NCBI GenBank assembly: GCA_032128875.1
Contig: JAVLKG010000001.1
Span: 985,453-1,049,452, forward strand
Length of the DNA stretch: 64,000 nt
Reading direction: 5' to 3'
DNA from: Candidatus Melainabacteria bacterium 17Bon1m
Lineage (GTDB): Bacteria; Cyanobacteriota; Vampirovibrionia; Obscuribacterales; Obscuribacteraceae
Shown: piece by piece, positions 17,499 through 27,362 of the stretch
How the letters are laid out: every line of letters begins with the position of its first letter
Numbering within the stretch: the stretch's first letter is position 1
Notes under the pieces: model-generated
What the model was told of the DNA's origin: nothing
The model's database searches: none
The model's input: only the letters and a program-made list of their open reading frames with translations
Made by a program: the position numbers and the translations under genes

Positions 17499-18572
17499 TT
17501 ACTCTGCCAACCATTTTTTGATATCAGGCGCCACCAGTTCTTTTATGCTTTTCTCTTTCAGATTCTCACGGGTTACTAGAGTCGCCGGTACGTCGATTCG
17601 TTTCTCAATTTTTTTGCCGTGAATATGGTCGACCAATTTCTCCACGCCCAGATAACCCATTCGCACAGGATCCTGCACCACGAGCGCATCCATGTGCCCT
17701 TTCTCCAAACCCTCAACAAGTTTTTCTGACGAGTCAAAGCCAATGAATTTGACCTTGCCTGTCAAACCGCCGTCTTGCAGTGCGCGCAACATGCCAAAGG
17801 CACTTGATTCATTGGGACAGAATATTCCGTCGAGACCAATCTCGCCTTGCGCTGTTTTCAATGGCGCCAACAAATTCTCGCTTTGCTTGTAAGCGGATTC
17901 GGTCGTTGCTCCTGCATAGAGGTTTGAACTGACGACCTTTACCCCGGGAGCGTTCTTCAAAGCGTCGAGAAAGCCGCGCTCTCTGTTGTCCGTGCTCGCG
18001 CTTCCCTCAACGTTTCTCAACATGGCCACTCGCCCCTTTCCGCTCAACAATTTGATCATGTGCTCGCCAGCCATGACGCCTCCTTTGTAATTGTCGGTTG
18101 CGACGAAACTCACGGACTTGTCAGAGTTGAGATTTGAATCGATGATTACCACCGGAATTTTGTTGCGGTAAGCGTCTTCAACGGGCGCACGCAGTGCCAT
18201 GTTGTCGATAGGTGCAAGAACAATGCCTTTCACGCCGCGCACAATCATGCTTTCTACTACATCTATTTGTGCCGTTCTGTCGTCTCGGCGGATAGGACCT
18301 TGCCAGATGATGTTCACTCCAAGCTTTTTCGACGCCTGCACACCTCCGGCATGTACGCTCTTCCAAAACTCATCGGTGGATCCCATGGGGATGAGTGCGA
18401 CCGTTTCCTTTTCGATTGATGGTTGCGGGTTGCAAGCGGTAAGCGCGGTGGTGACGCTGGCGAGCACAAAAATCATCAGAACCACACGGAAGTCAAGCGT
18501 TTTGCTTCTTCGTGTACCTCTTGGGATAGTGACTTGCTTGAAGCTTTGTCTAGCCGGGCGATTCCGGTACAT
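17499..18572 (-). CDS. sugar ABC transporter substrate-binding lipoprotein (RbsB-like)
   Basis: LTAC lipobox; IPVVIIDS, VATDNYKGG, IGFDSS, VVQDPVRMGY; start may be downstream. Confidence 0.92.
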   Translation of the reverse strand: MYRNRPARQSFKQVTIPRGTRRSKTLDFRVVLMIFVLASVTTALTACNPQPSIEKETVALIPMGSTDEFWKSVHAGGVQASKKLGVNIIWQGPIRRDDRTAQIDVVESMIVRGVKGIVLAPIDNMALRAPVEDAYRNKIPVVIIDSNLNSDKSVSFVATDNYKGGVMAGEHMIKLLSGKGRVAMLRNVEGSASTDNRERGFLDALKNAPGVKVVSSNLYAGATTESAYKQSENLLAPLKTAQGEIGLDGIFCPNESSAFGMLRALQDGGLTGKVKFIGFDSSEKLVEGLEKGHMDALVVQDPVRMGYLGVEKLVDHIHGKKIEKRIDVPATLVTRENLKEKSIKELVAPDIKKWLAE

Positions 18573-18769
18573 AAAACTAGCTTGGACCTGCTGACGGTAA
18601 TTCGGGTTGTCGGTGTTTAGTCTATACCTATGACCTTATTTGCAGGTGGTTTATAGGATTCTGTAGTCCGGCTGTCTTGAAGTTAGACTTGTCGGTTCGT
18701 TATCATCTTATGCGCCCAAACCGAGTATTAACTATGCTTCCAGCTAATGGATACGCTGCCGGATTTTCA

Positions 18770-20551
18770 ATGCGGAAAATAATCGTTTTTTTGAGCTGTG
18801 TGTTTTTCGTAGTTATGGGAGCAGCGCCGGTTTTCGCTGCGGACGGCGATAGACCAGTGCTGGATAAATGGGCGCTTGTGGTTGGCATCAGCCAATTCCA
18901 AGATTCGTCGATGAACTTGCAATACCCGGCAAAAGACGCGACTGACTTTTACAACTACCTGATTAACGAAGCGCACTTCGCCAAAGATCACGTGCGCTTG
19001 TTGCTCAACGAGAAGGCGACACGGGAAAATGTTCTCTCGCAAGTTGGTGATAGATGGTTGCCCCGGGTTGTGGCGCCTGATGATTTAGTTGTGATTTACA
19101 TCTCGAGCCACGGCAGTCCGTCATCCATGGACGTTGTTGGCGCAAATTACATAGTCGCTCATAACACCGACCGCGAACAGCTTTACGCGACCGGCATTCC
19201 GATGAATGAATTTGCACAGATGATTCAACAGCGTGTTCACACAGACAGAGTTGTTTTGATTCTCGACGCATGTCATAGCGGTGCAGCGAAGACGGCTGCC
19301 AAAGGTCTGATTCGACAACATAATTTCAATGCTGATCAAATTCCGATCGGTACTGGTCAGCTTGTGATTTGTTCTAGCGCACCGGAGCAGGTTTCGTGGG
19401 AGTCCAAACGTTATGCAAATGGTGTATTCACCCATCATTTGATCGACTCGCTTCGCAAAAATCCAAAACTTAGCGATTCGTACAATTATTTGAAAAATCA
19501 GGTTCAGACAGAAGTGCTTGCCGACCGCGGTGAATTGCAGGTTCCGGCGTTGAAAACTAAATGGACAGGAAGTGATCTTGTAATCGCAACAGTTCCGACG
19601 AGTCCTCGTCCGGGATTGCCCGAAGCACCAGTAAAAGGAGCTGCAAATCCCGGCGCAAACCCAACAGCAAATCCAGCCATTGCAGTGTCTGCGGCTGCAC
19701 AACCTAATACACTTCGTTTGCAGCGTCCGCCTACGGGTTCACCGTCGGCTGGGAATGTTTCTGCATCATCGACGGCAATAGCAGCACCCCCCGTACAAGC
19801 AGCGCAGTCCGTTTCGGCAGCACCCTCGCCCGCTGCCGTGTACGGAGAATATGCTACCAATGGCAAGGTTAAGATCAAATTGCTAGACGTTGAGAAAAAG
19901 ATGACCGGCACTTACTACACACTCGAACTGCAGAATGTGACAGCCGCGCCAATAAATGTCTACAACTTCAAATACTATCTCTATGACGCCGGGTATTTGA
20001 TGGCAGGTATCGGAGGCTCAGAAGTGAGTGGAGCAGACAACGACCTTCCGGCTGGAGCGAAGACGAAAATCTACTTTACCGGCATCACTGAGGCCGATGC
20101 GATTTTAGTAAAGTGTGACAAACCCGGCTGGGGGCAAATGCGTTTGCGCACTGGTGACGAACCTGGCGGTGCTGATACCTGCGGTTTGCCGGAACAAGCT
20201 TCGGTGCCCGCGACTCAAACTAGCGCTGCGTATGGTCAATACGCCTCGAACGGCAACGTGCAAATGAAGGTGGTAAATATAGATCCGAAGATGACGGGCT
20301 ATTTTGTAACCGCAGAGTTGCTTAACTTGACCAAAGAGTCATTCGAGCCGTATTACCTGACGATCGAGTTTTACAAGGATGGATATTTGAAATCGAAAGT
20401 CACCGGTGGAGCGCTTTCCTTTTCCGCTCACTATGTAGGTAGCGGACTAAAAGCAAAAGTCACAGCGAATACCTACTCGGAAGGCGCTGATCAAATGATC
20501 GTAAGATTTCCGAAACCAGGTTGGACGCCGATTACGCTTCAACTTAAATGA
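18770..20551 (+). CDS. secreted caspase-family (peptidase C14) protein with two C-terminal beta-sandwich repeats
   Basis: KWALVVGIS, ISSHG (His), ILDACHSG (Cys); signal peptide from ATG 18770. Confidence 0.85.
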   Translation: MRKIIVFLSCVFFVVMGAAPVFAADGDRPVLDKWALVVGISQFQDSSMNLQYPAKDATDFYNYLINEAHFAKDHVRLLLNEKATRENVLSQVGDRWLPRVVAPDDLVVIYISSHGSPSSMDVVGANYIVAHNTDREQLYATGIPMNEFAQMIQQRVHTDRVVLILDACHSGAAKTAAKGLIRQHNFNADQIPIGTGQLVICSSAPEQVSWESKRYANGVFTHHLIDSLRKNPKLSDSYNYLKNQVQTEVLADRGELQVPALKTKWTGSDLVIATVPTSPRPGLPEAPVKGAANPGANPTANPAIAVSAAAQPNTLRLQRPPTGSPSAGNVSASSTAIAAPPVQAAQSVSAAPSPAAVYGEYATNGKVKIKLLDVEKKMTGTYYTLELQNVTAAPINVYNFKYYLYDAGYLMAGIGGSEVSGADNDLPAGAKTKIYFTGITEADAILVKCDKPGWGQMRLRTGDEPGGADTCGLPEQASVPATQTSAAYGQYASNGNVQMKVVNIDPKMTGYFVTAELLNLTKESFEPYYLTIEFYKDGYLKSKVTGGALSFSAHYVGSGLKAKVTANTYSEGADQMIVRFPKPGWTPITLQLK

Positions 20552-20620
20552 CCTACAAATACACTTCAGTTTCTGCAAATGAGCACAGCACCGAGTGCCG
20601 CAAACATAGGCAAGTGAGCA

Positions 20621-22087
20621 TTAGTTCTTTCCGTAGGGATACCACCACGATTTCGGTGTCGTGGCAAATTCCCAGTGAACGTGTTTTGTTTCGCGGAATG
20701 AATCGAGTCCTTCTTGCCCAAGCTCACGCGCGCCGCCACTGAGTTTCATTCCTCCGAATGGTCCTGCGTAATTGTCGGTGAGTGGGTCATTGATCCATAC
20801 CGTTCCAGCTTTCGCTTCTTCGAGGAACAATTTCGCTTTCATCGGATCGCTTGTCAGAAGGCAGGCGCCAAGCCCAAACATGCAATCGTTAGCGAGTTCA
20901 ATAGCTTGTTCGAAACTGGTGTATTCCATGAGTGGAATCGCCGGACCAAACGTTTCCTCCCTCATAATCGTCATTGAGTGATCGACATTCGTCAAAATTG
21001 TCGGCTCATAAAAATAACCCTTTTGCGGATTTTGAGGGCGGCGACCACCTGTCAAAACCTTCGCTCCATGCTGGATAGCATCAGCAATCTGACCCTCGAC
21101 CTTCTCTCTATAAGTCGCTCCGATCATTGGTCCGATGTCGGTGGATGATTCTAAACCGGGTCCGAGTTTTAATTCTTTGACGTGCGCAACAAGAGCTTCT
21201 GTGAATTTAGCTGCTTTGTTTTTCGGCAGATAAACACGCTCTGTTGACGTGCAAACTTGTCCTGCGTTTGTCAGCGCTGCATAGGCAAGTGCGCGCGCCG
21301 CGACTTCCGGATCTGCATCGTCGCAAATAACGAAGGCGTCTTTGCCACCAAGTTCTAAGTGCAGCTTCTTCATCATGGGCGCCGCAATTGATGCAATCCG
21401 CTGTCCTGTCGCCAGGCTACCCGTAAATGCGATAACCGGCACATCAATGTGTTGCACAAGGGGCTCTGCAACTTCTTTGCCGAAACCATTGATCACATTG
21501 ATGACGCCAGGGGGGAAGTGATCCCAGCAGTGTTGCGCAAGGTACGCAGTGGAAAGTGGTGTCACTTCGCTGGGTTTGATGATGACGGTATTTCCCGCAG
21601 CAAGTGCCGGTGCCACTTTCCACGCCATCAAAAGCAGCGGATAGTTCCACGGAATTATGCAAGCTACGACGCCATAGGGCTCTTTCAACACCAAGTTGAG
21701 TTGCGAATACTCGCCTGATGGTAGAACGCGTCCACGTTCATGGCGCCCCAGCTCCGCGTAATAGTCAAACGTATTGACCAGCCATTCAAACTCTTCTTCG
21801 TTCTCCGGAACAGGTTTGCCTTCCTCAAGCGTCAACAAATGAACAATCTTATCCTTGTGTTCACGCATCTTTGTCGCCGCTTCATGCATTAAATGCGCGC
21901 GCGTGTTTGCTGGCGTTTTGCGCCATTCTCTGAAGGCTTCCTTTGCCGCTTTTACGGTCGCTTCGACATCCTTGGCTGTACCGCGCGGAACAGTGTCGAT
22001 TACTTCCTCTGTCGCCGGGTTGATAACTTCGATTGTTTCTGTGCCACCACCCTTGGTGAACTTTCCATCGATGTAATGAAGAGGCAT
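20621..22087 (-). CDS. aldehyde dehydrogenase family protein
   Basis: PWNYP, FTGS, LELGGK, NAGQVC, EETFGP, PFGGMKLSG. Confidence 0.95.
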   Translation of the reverse strand: MPLHYIDGKFTKGGGTETIEVINPATEEVIDTVPRGTAKDVEATVKAAKEAFREWRKTPANTRAHLMHEAATKMREHKDKIVHLLTLEEGKPVPENEEEFEWLVNTFDYYAELGRHERGRVLPSGEYSQLNLVLKEPYGVVACIIPWNYPLLLMAWKVAPALAAGNTVIIKPSEVTPLSTAYLAQHCWDHFPPGVINVINGFGKEVAEPLVQHIDVPVIAFTGSLATGQRIASIAAPMMKKLHLELGGKDAFVICDDADPEVAARALAYAALTNAGQVCTSTERVYLPKNKAAKFTEALVAHVKELKLGPGLESSTDIGPMIGATYREKVEGQIADAIQHGAKVLTGGRRPQNPQKGYFYEPTILTNVDHSMTIMREETFGPAIPLMEYTSFEQAIELANDCMFGLGACLLTSDPMKAKLFLEEAKAGTVWINDPLTDNYAGPFGGMKLSGGARELGQEGLDSFRETKHVHWEFATTPKSWWYPYGKN

Positions 22088-22151
22088 ATGCTAATCCTTT
22101 GACTTCTGAATGCGTCAGTGCAAGTAGGCTGAATATTCTACCGTAGAAATC

Positions 22152-22180
22152 GAAAGGGAGGCGTATTGCGCCCCCCTTTC
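22152..22180. terminator. GC-rich hairpin (probable terminator of the upstream minus-strand gene)
   Basis: GAAAGGGAGGCG-tattg-CGCCCCCCTTTC. Confidence 0.5.
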
Positions 22181-22214
22181 TTGTCATGCCGTGGGAAAAC
22201 TTGGTGTATGTGAT

Positions 22215-24143
22215 TTATGGATGCGTATACCCGCCACGCCCCTGCTTGATGAGGCTTATAGTGTTTGTGTCCATCTCCTCGGTCGGCAAGACTAGCCCTC
22301 CGATTTCTATGTCTACGGCTAGTCCGCCGCTGTAATAGCTCCTTCTCGGTTGCAAGCTGACCGTTTTTCCATCTGCGCCTTTGAAAGAAGACTTTGCATC
22401 CAGCGGATTTTGCAGTGTAAGCCCTGTGGCGAGTCGACCTTTGTGTACGGCACCCGCAATAAAATCGTCTCCACCGTACTCGGCCAGTTCGCACCAGTTG
22501 AGCGGACTGCCAGCGATGGGTTGCCCGGCATGCTTGCCGCCAGTATGAATGCCAAGTCTTTTCACGTTGTTTCGGAAAATAATAATTGGATTGAGCCCGG
22601 CAGTCGTACTTGTGTCGACAGTCGTCGAGACCTGACCTTCCGATGTAACGCCCGGTGGAAATGGACTTTTCGCGATTATCCTGCGAGAAATGCTTCCGTC
22701 ATTTTTGAATTCGTAGGCGTAAAGATCATTAGGCCTTGATTGAAATCTTTGGCTGAGCATGTCCATAACTGCGCCGACGCGCGGACGTAAATGTCCATTG
22801 CGCAGCCAATAATATAAGTGTTCTGCAAACTGCTGCGATGCACCATCTGCGCTATCCAGCTTGCTAGGCCTCATCTTCGCAAGCGGGTCGATTGGGTAGT
22901 CTCCTCCTATTGATTGATAGGTCATCGTCATTCGGTCGCGAAAGTTTGAAGGTTCGAGCAAGTCGGTCCATGTGTGCATTCCTTGGACTGTGGAGCCGCA
23001 GAAACGCATGGTCATGACTCCTGCCGGTCCATTGTCGTCCATGCTGTATGGCTGCGCTGCGGCAGCGAATTCAATCTTGCCGGGAGCATCCAACCCGAAT
23101 GGAAGCACGTGCTTGAAGGAGCTATTGCGAGTAAAGGTTGCTTTGACTTTGACAATAGAATTGATGTGATCGTCGTCAGCAGAGCAGAAATCTGCCGGAC
23201 TCACCAGTGAGGATGATTTACCCACACCTGCGAATGTGTATGACTTATCTCCAAACGGAACATCGACAAATGCTCGATACTCGTTATCTAATGCTTGTCC
23301 TTTTTCCACGTGAGCAAAATTGCTTGGGCTGGGAAGCGGAACCGCTGTTCTTGCAGCGCTAGATAGCCAGCCGTTTTCAATCTCTACAGATTCTAGTTTT
23401 AAGCTTGGTGGAAGATTTGCTTTGAGAAAGTCTGCGACATCTTTTTCGATTTCAATCTTTTGACCGTGATTATCTTCCAACTTTTCGAAGCTAGAACCAA
23501 CTGTCTTCTGTCTCTTTGCTTTGCCTCCCTTTGTTGTTGTGTTTTCTGCGACTAAAGTTTTGCTCTGCAAATCTTTATTGCTTGGCCCTACTGCAGTATT
23601 AAGCGCAGTATTCAACTCATCGATTGTTGATTGCAATGATTCGCGATCATCTTCAGCTAATTCGCTTATCCACTTATTCTGTATCTCGTGTCCGAGAATT
23701 GCGAGCTGCCTTATCGTCCCCACTAAAGTGTTTATGCTAGTGACAGGCAGCGGCTCGCCATCCGGTGCTTTTGTAGCTTCACCATTCGGCGGAAAATTGC
23801 TGAGCGATACATATCCGAAGTCTGGGTCATTAACTATTACGCGCGACAAGTCATTTGCTGCGACCAGTGCTGCCGCTTCAACCGCGCTTTTGGCTCTATC
23901 GCGATCAATCGCATATAGACCTCCCTGGGCAGCGAGCATAAGCAAGGGCACCAGAATCAAGCAAGAACACGCCAGGACTAATAGAAGGATGTTGCCCTTC
24001 TGATTGCGCCGGTCATTTGAACTTCGCCGGTAATTTCGCCCGTCATTCTGACTTCGCCGTGCACTTCTAGGCAAACCTAGGTTTGCACGTGTGAATCTCA
24101 ACTGATGGTAGTAGTTCATATCGAATCCAATTGAAAGTGGCAT
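22215..24143 (-). CDS. hypothetical protein with prepilin/TadG-like N-terminus
   Basis: RRNQKG-NILLLVLACSCLILVPLL followed by AKSAVEAAALVAA (Tad-like); start uncertain. Confidence 0.6.
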   Translation of the reverse strand: MPLSIGFDMNYYHQLRFTRANLGLPRSARRSQNDGRNYRRSSNDRRNQKGNILLLVLACSCLILVPLLMLAAQGGLYAIDRDRAKSAVEAAALVAANDLSRVIVNDPDFGYVSLSNFPPNGEATKAPDGEPLPVTSINTLVGTIRQLAILGHEIQNKWISELAEDDRESLQSTIDELNTALNTAVGPSNKDLQSKTLVAENTTTKGGKAKRQKTVGSSFEKLEDNHGQKIEIEKDVADFLKANLPPSLKLESVEIENGWLSSAARTAVPLPSPSNFAHVEKGQALDNEYRAFVDVPFGDKSYTFAGVGKSSSLVSPADFCSADDDHINSIVKVKATFTRNSSFKHVLPFGLDAPGKIEFAAAAQPYSMDDNGPAGVMTMRFCGSTVQGMHTWTDLLEPSNFRDRMTMTYQSIGGDYPIDPLAKMRPSKLDSADGASQQFAEHLYYWLRNGHLRPRVGAVMDMLSQRFQSRPNDLYAYEFKNDGSISRRIIAKSPFPPGVTSEGQVSTTVDTSTTAGLNPIIIFRNNVKRLGIHTGGKHAGQPIAGSPLNWCELAEYGGDDFIAGAVHKGRLATGLTLQNPLDAKSSFKGADGKTVSLQPRRSYYSGGLAVDIEIGGLVLPTEEMDTNTISLIKQGRGGYTHP

Positions 24144-24324
24144 GACTGCTGCCGAAGGTTCGGTGCCATAGAACTTGTGAACAATCTACGAGGAGTTTTG
24201 TTCTATGGCACTTACCTTTCGGTCAACCCCTTGACCGTGGCTTACAAACAATTGCTAGTTGTTTGTATTTTTCGATCAGCATGGAGCTTGGAGATTTCTC
24301 AACCTTTTATCACTTTTGGATTTT

Positions 24325-25599
24325 TTAGGTTTTCGGATTCTTTGGTATCGGCTTTGGTTTTGGTTCTTTAACTTTCTTTGGTTTCTTAGGCTTCTTAGGT
24401 TTTGGCTCCTTGGGCGGTTTTGGCGGCTTCGGTTCCTTCGGCGGTTTTGTATCCGGAGGAGGAGGAGGAGGTGGTGGTGGCGGTGGCGGAGGCGGAGGCG
24501 GTGGCGGCGGCGGTGGCGGTGGATCCGGGTCTTGCGTGCCCAAATTGTTGACCAACACCTGCATTTGCGGTGTGGTTCGACCACCTACCGGATGTACACT
24601 AAACATATAGTCCGCTGGATACCACGCTCCTGCGGTCCAATATGTGTAGCCAGTCCACACGTCTTTATTGGCATGCATGTATTTGACTACCGCATCCAAT
24701 AGAGCCAGCGCGTTCGCATCTTGCGGAACTCCGAATTCGCTCAAGAATGCTGTGCGATGGTTTTGCCTGCACCATGCCGTAAATGCGCTTAGAGTGGCAA
24801 CCCCGTTCGCCGGTGACATAGTATCGGTATGAGTGCCCGACCCATCGTAATCGAAATATTGGTGCATATCATATGACCAATTATTTCCAGGGTCAGTGAT
24901 GTTGATCATTGCAGACGCATTTTCCTGAATAAAATTGACAGGGTGCATCCAGTTGGTTGATGGAACGAGAATCAGATTGGTAGCGCCTGTGGCGCGAATG
25001 CCATTAATGGCAGCCTGAGATGAAGCACACCAGGTGGTCGGCGTCATGCCACCACCGATGGGTTCATTCATCAAACCGAATATGACTTTAGAGTTGCCTT
25101 TGTAATGTGTCGCTAAGCGGCTCCAGAAGTCGGCAAACATACTGTTTGGCCAGCCATTGGTCACTCCGACAAGTTTTGTTTTGTACTCGCCATAGTTATG
25201 TGGATCGAGAATTGTATTCATCCCTTTGGCGGTTATCATACTCACCACTGCATCCAAGCGACCCAGCTCTGCTGTGTCAAGCGGACCATTCTCAGTTGGT
25301 TGCATGCGGTCCCAAGAAAAACACACTCGAATGGTATTCATTCCCTTCGACGCGAAGAAGTCGATATCTGATTGGGATGGATACACGTAGTCCCAGTTGT
25401 ACCTGGCTGGAACCCACTTTTGATTGAATTCGCCTCCCGAAATGTTTACGCCCTGGTACGCCATTCCACCAGTAGCCAAAGCCGCATTGGTGGCGTAAAG
25501 CAACGCAATGCCTAAAGCTATACAAGTGGAAATTGGTGAGCGCTGACATCCTAGTAAGCCCGAGAGTCGCTTACGAGGACGCTTTTGTCCAATTACCAT
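24325..25599 (-). CDS. glycoside hydrolase family 5 (endoglucanase-like) with Pro/Lys-rich tail
   Basis: GVNISGGEF, ILDPHNY, GLMNEP (acid/base), MHQYFD, LSEFG (nucleophile), YWTAG. Confidence 0.92.
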   Translation of the reverse strand: MVIGQKRPRKRLSGLLGCQRSPISTCIALGIALLYATNAALATGGMAYQGVNISGGEFNQKWVPARYNWDYVYPSQSDIDFFASKGMNTIRVCFSWDRMQPTENGPLDTAELGRLDAVVSMITAKGMNTILDPHNYGEYKTKLVGVTNGWPNSMFADFWSRLATHYKGNSKVIFGLMNEPIGGGMTPTTWCASSQAAINGIRATGATNLILVPSTNWMHPVNFIQENASAMINITDPGNNWSYDMHQYFDYDGSGTHTDTMSPANGVATLSAFTAWCRQNHRTAFLSEFGVPQDANALALLDAVVKYMHANKDVWTGYTYWTAGAWYPADYMFSVHPVGGRTTPQMQVLVNNLGTQDPDPPPPPPPPPPPPPPPPPPPPPPPDTKPPKEPKPPKPPKEPKPKKPKKPKKVKEPKPKPIPKNPKT

Positions 25600-26024
25600 T
25601 ACTTACTTACTCCTTTGTGAGGTCGCCATCGCGCCCCTCCTGAAGCTTGCGCGGTGTCCGCTGCCAGCCCACAAGGCAGCAGTGCACCAGAAAACTTCAG
25701 TCGGTTTGATATGGCTGACTCACTTCCGACACAACCATCGTATGGTCGGAATGTGAGGACCGTGTGAAGACCTGCCAGTAAGTAATAGGTCATTTACGCT
25801 AAGCTAATTACGCCCGAAAAAAATACCTCGGTAACGTCTTTAGCCAAAAAGATAATCAAATTGTTGCCTGGTATCATGAACGCTCACAGGCAGCGGGTTG
25901 ATGGCTGCATACCTTGTGGATATCAGCAATCTTCAATGCGAAGTGTTTGCTCCATTTGTGAAATTCTTGTGAAAGTCTTCAACTGTGAAATGCATTCAAT
26001 TGACCGCAAAGCACCTGGATGAAA

Positions 26025-27335
26025 CTAGTGAATGAATCTATTAAAGGATCCATACTGATGCAGGATTTTTCCTTTTCTCAAACTGCTCAAACTAATAACG
26101 ATTGCCGTGGTGCAAATGGCGCATGCGGAAACCAGCGAATAGCCTGGTAGGAATATTACCGATGCCACCAACCAGGTGCAAAGAACAGGATTTAGAAAAC
26201 GCACTGTGCGGCAAACCTCCGCAAACGCCATGACTGAAAACGTCATCGCCAGAGCCCCTACGACATAGCAGTTTATTGCCGCCGCACCGGTAATATTCAA
26301 ATAGTATGGCATTGCCAACATTCCACCGGCAGCAATCATGCTTACAATCAATCCAAGTGGCGGCACCACTTCCAGTGCCTTCGATTGTTCTTTAGGCAAG
26401 TCGGAGGCTCTGTCAACATAGACTTTGGTACCCAAACAGGCTGTTTTAAAATAACCATGCCCAGCTTGTTTTGCTCGTTGCAAGTACTGGCATGTGGCGA
26501 TAGTTTCGTCCAAGGCGAATGGCACCATGAAAAGCATATTGAAGGCGGCTATCAGACAGAGAAAACACCAACTACCAACGGCAACCGGCTGAAGGATTAC
26601 GAGCACAATGCTGACCACCCCAGGTGGTATCACCAGGAAGCTAAATAAAAGAACCATCCAGGGCATTGTTTGCCACCGAGATTTGTTGCCGATAAAGCCA
26701 GCGAGTGCATCAATCAGATAGGAGACCGCACCTAGACCCGCATCAGAAATGATGAAAGCCTTTGACACTTCGGAGTGCAATATTTTTTCGGTGCCCCCTT
26801 GAAAAACTGGGTCCCAAGCCGGGCCGGTGTAGCCAAGTTGCGCGCACGCAAGATATCGGGCGATAAAAAATCCAATCAGAGCGAGTGCCATCAGCGGAAC
26901 TCTTTGCCACCAGTCAGAGGGGTTGTAGTCCCAACCGGGCGGTGTTTCCGCAACATCGCTCGGCGAATCTTTTGCGTGCGGAACAATCCAATAGCAAAGA
27001 ACGAGCAAACTAGCTGCAACGTTGTCTGTCATATAAGCAATTGGGCTCTTCGCCCAGAAGACTAGTGGTGCAAACATCAACCAGGCGGCGATTAACGCCG
27101 AAGCCCATTGTGCGATAGTGTCAAAACGTTCGCTTTTCTTATGCAGAGCAACAAACGCCAACGCTGTAATTGCAACAGCGGAGATAATGTCGCTTACGAA
27201 CATGCTCTGACTGTTAGCGTAAAACGATAGCGCGTTTGACGCCAGCCAAGTTGCTACAACAATCGCGCACCAATGAACTTTCGACTCAACGAAAAGGGAC
27301 GTTTTCCTTTTGCTTTCAATAGATTGCAAATGCAT
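26025..27335 (-). CDS. vitamin K epoxide reductase (VKOR) family membrane protein with SPW-like repeats
   Basis: PPGWDYNPSDWWQR, SDAGLGA, WCFLC (CxxC); many TM helices. Confidence 0.85.
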   Translation of the reverse strand: MHLQSIESKRKTSLFVESKVHWCAIVVATWLASNALSFYANSQSMFVSDIISAVAITALAFVALHKKSERFDTIAQWASALIAAWLMFAPLVFWAKSPIAYMTDNVAASLLVLCYWIVPHAKDSPSDVAETPPGWDYNPSDWWQRVPLMALALIGFFIARYLACAQLGYTGPAWDPVFQGGTEKILHSEVSKAFIISDAGLGAVSYLIDALAGFIGNKSRWQTMPWMVLLFSFLVIPPGVVSIVLVILQPVAVGSWCFLCLIAAFNMLFMVPFALDETIATCQYLQRAKQAGHGYFKTACLGTKVYVDRASDLPKEQSKALEVVPPLGLIVSMIAAGGMLAMPYYLNITGAAAINCYVVGALAMTFSVMAFAEVCRTVRFLNPVLCTWLVASVIFLPGYSLVSACAICTTAIVISLSSLRKGKILHQYGSFNRFIH

Positions 27336-27362
27336 TTTGCGTTTCCCTTAAGTTGGTTGAAT

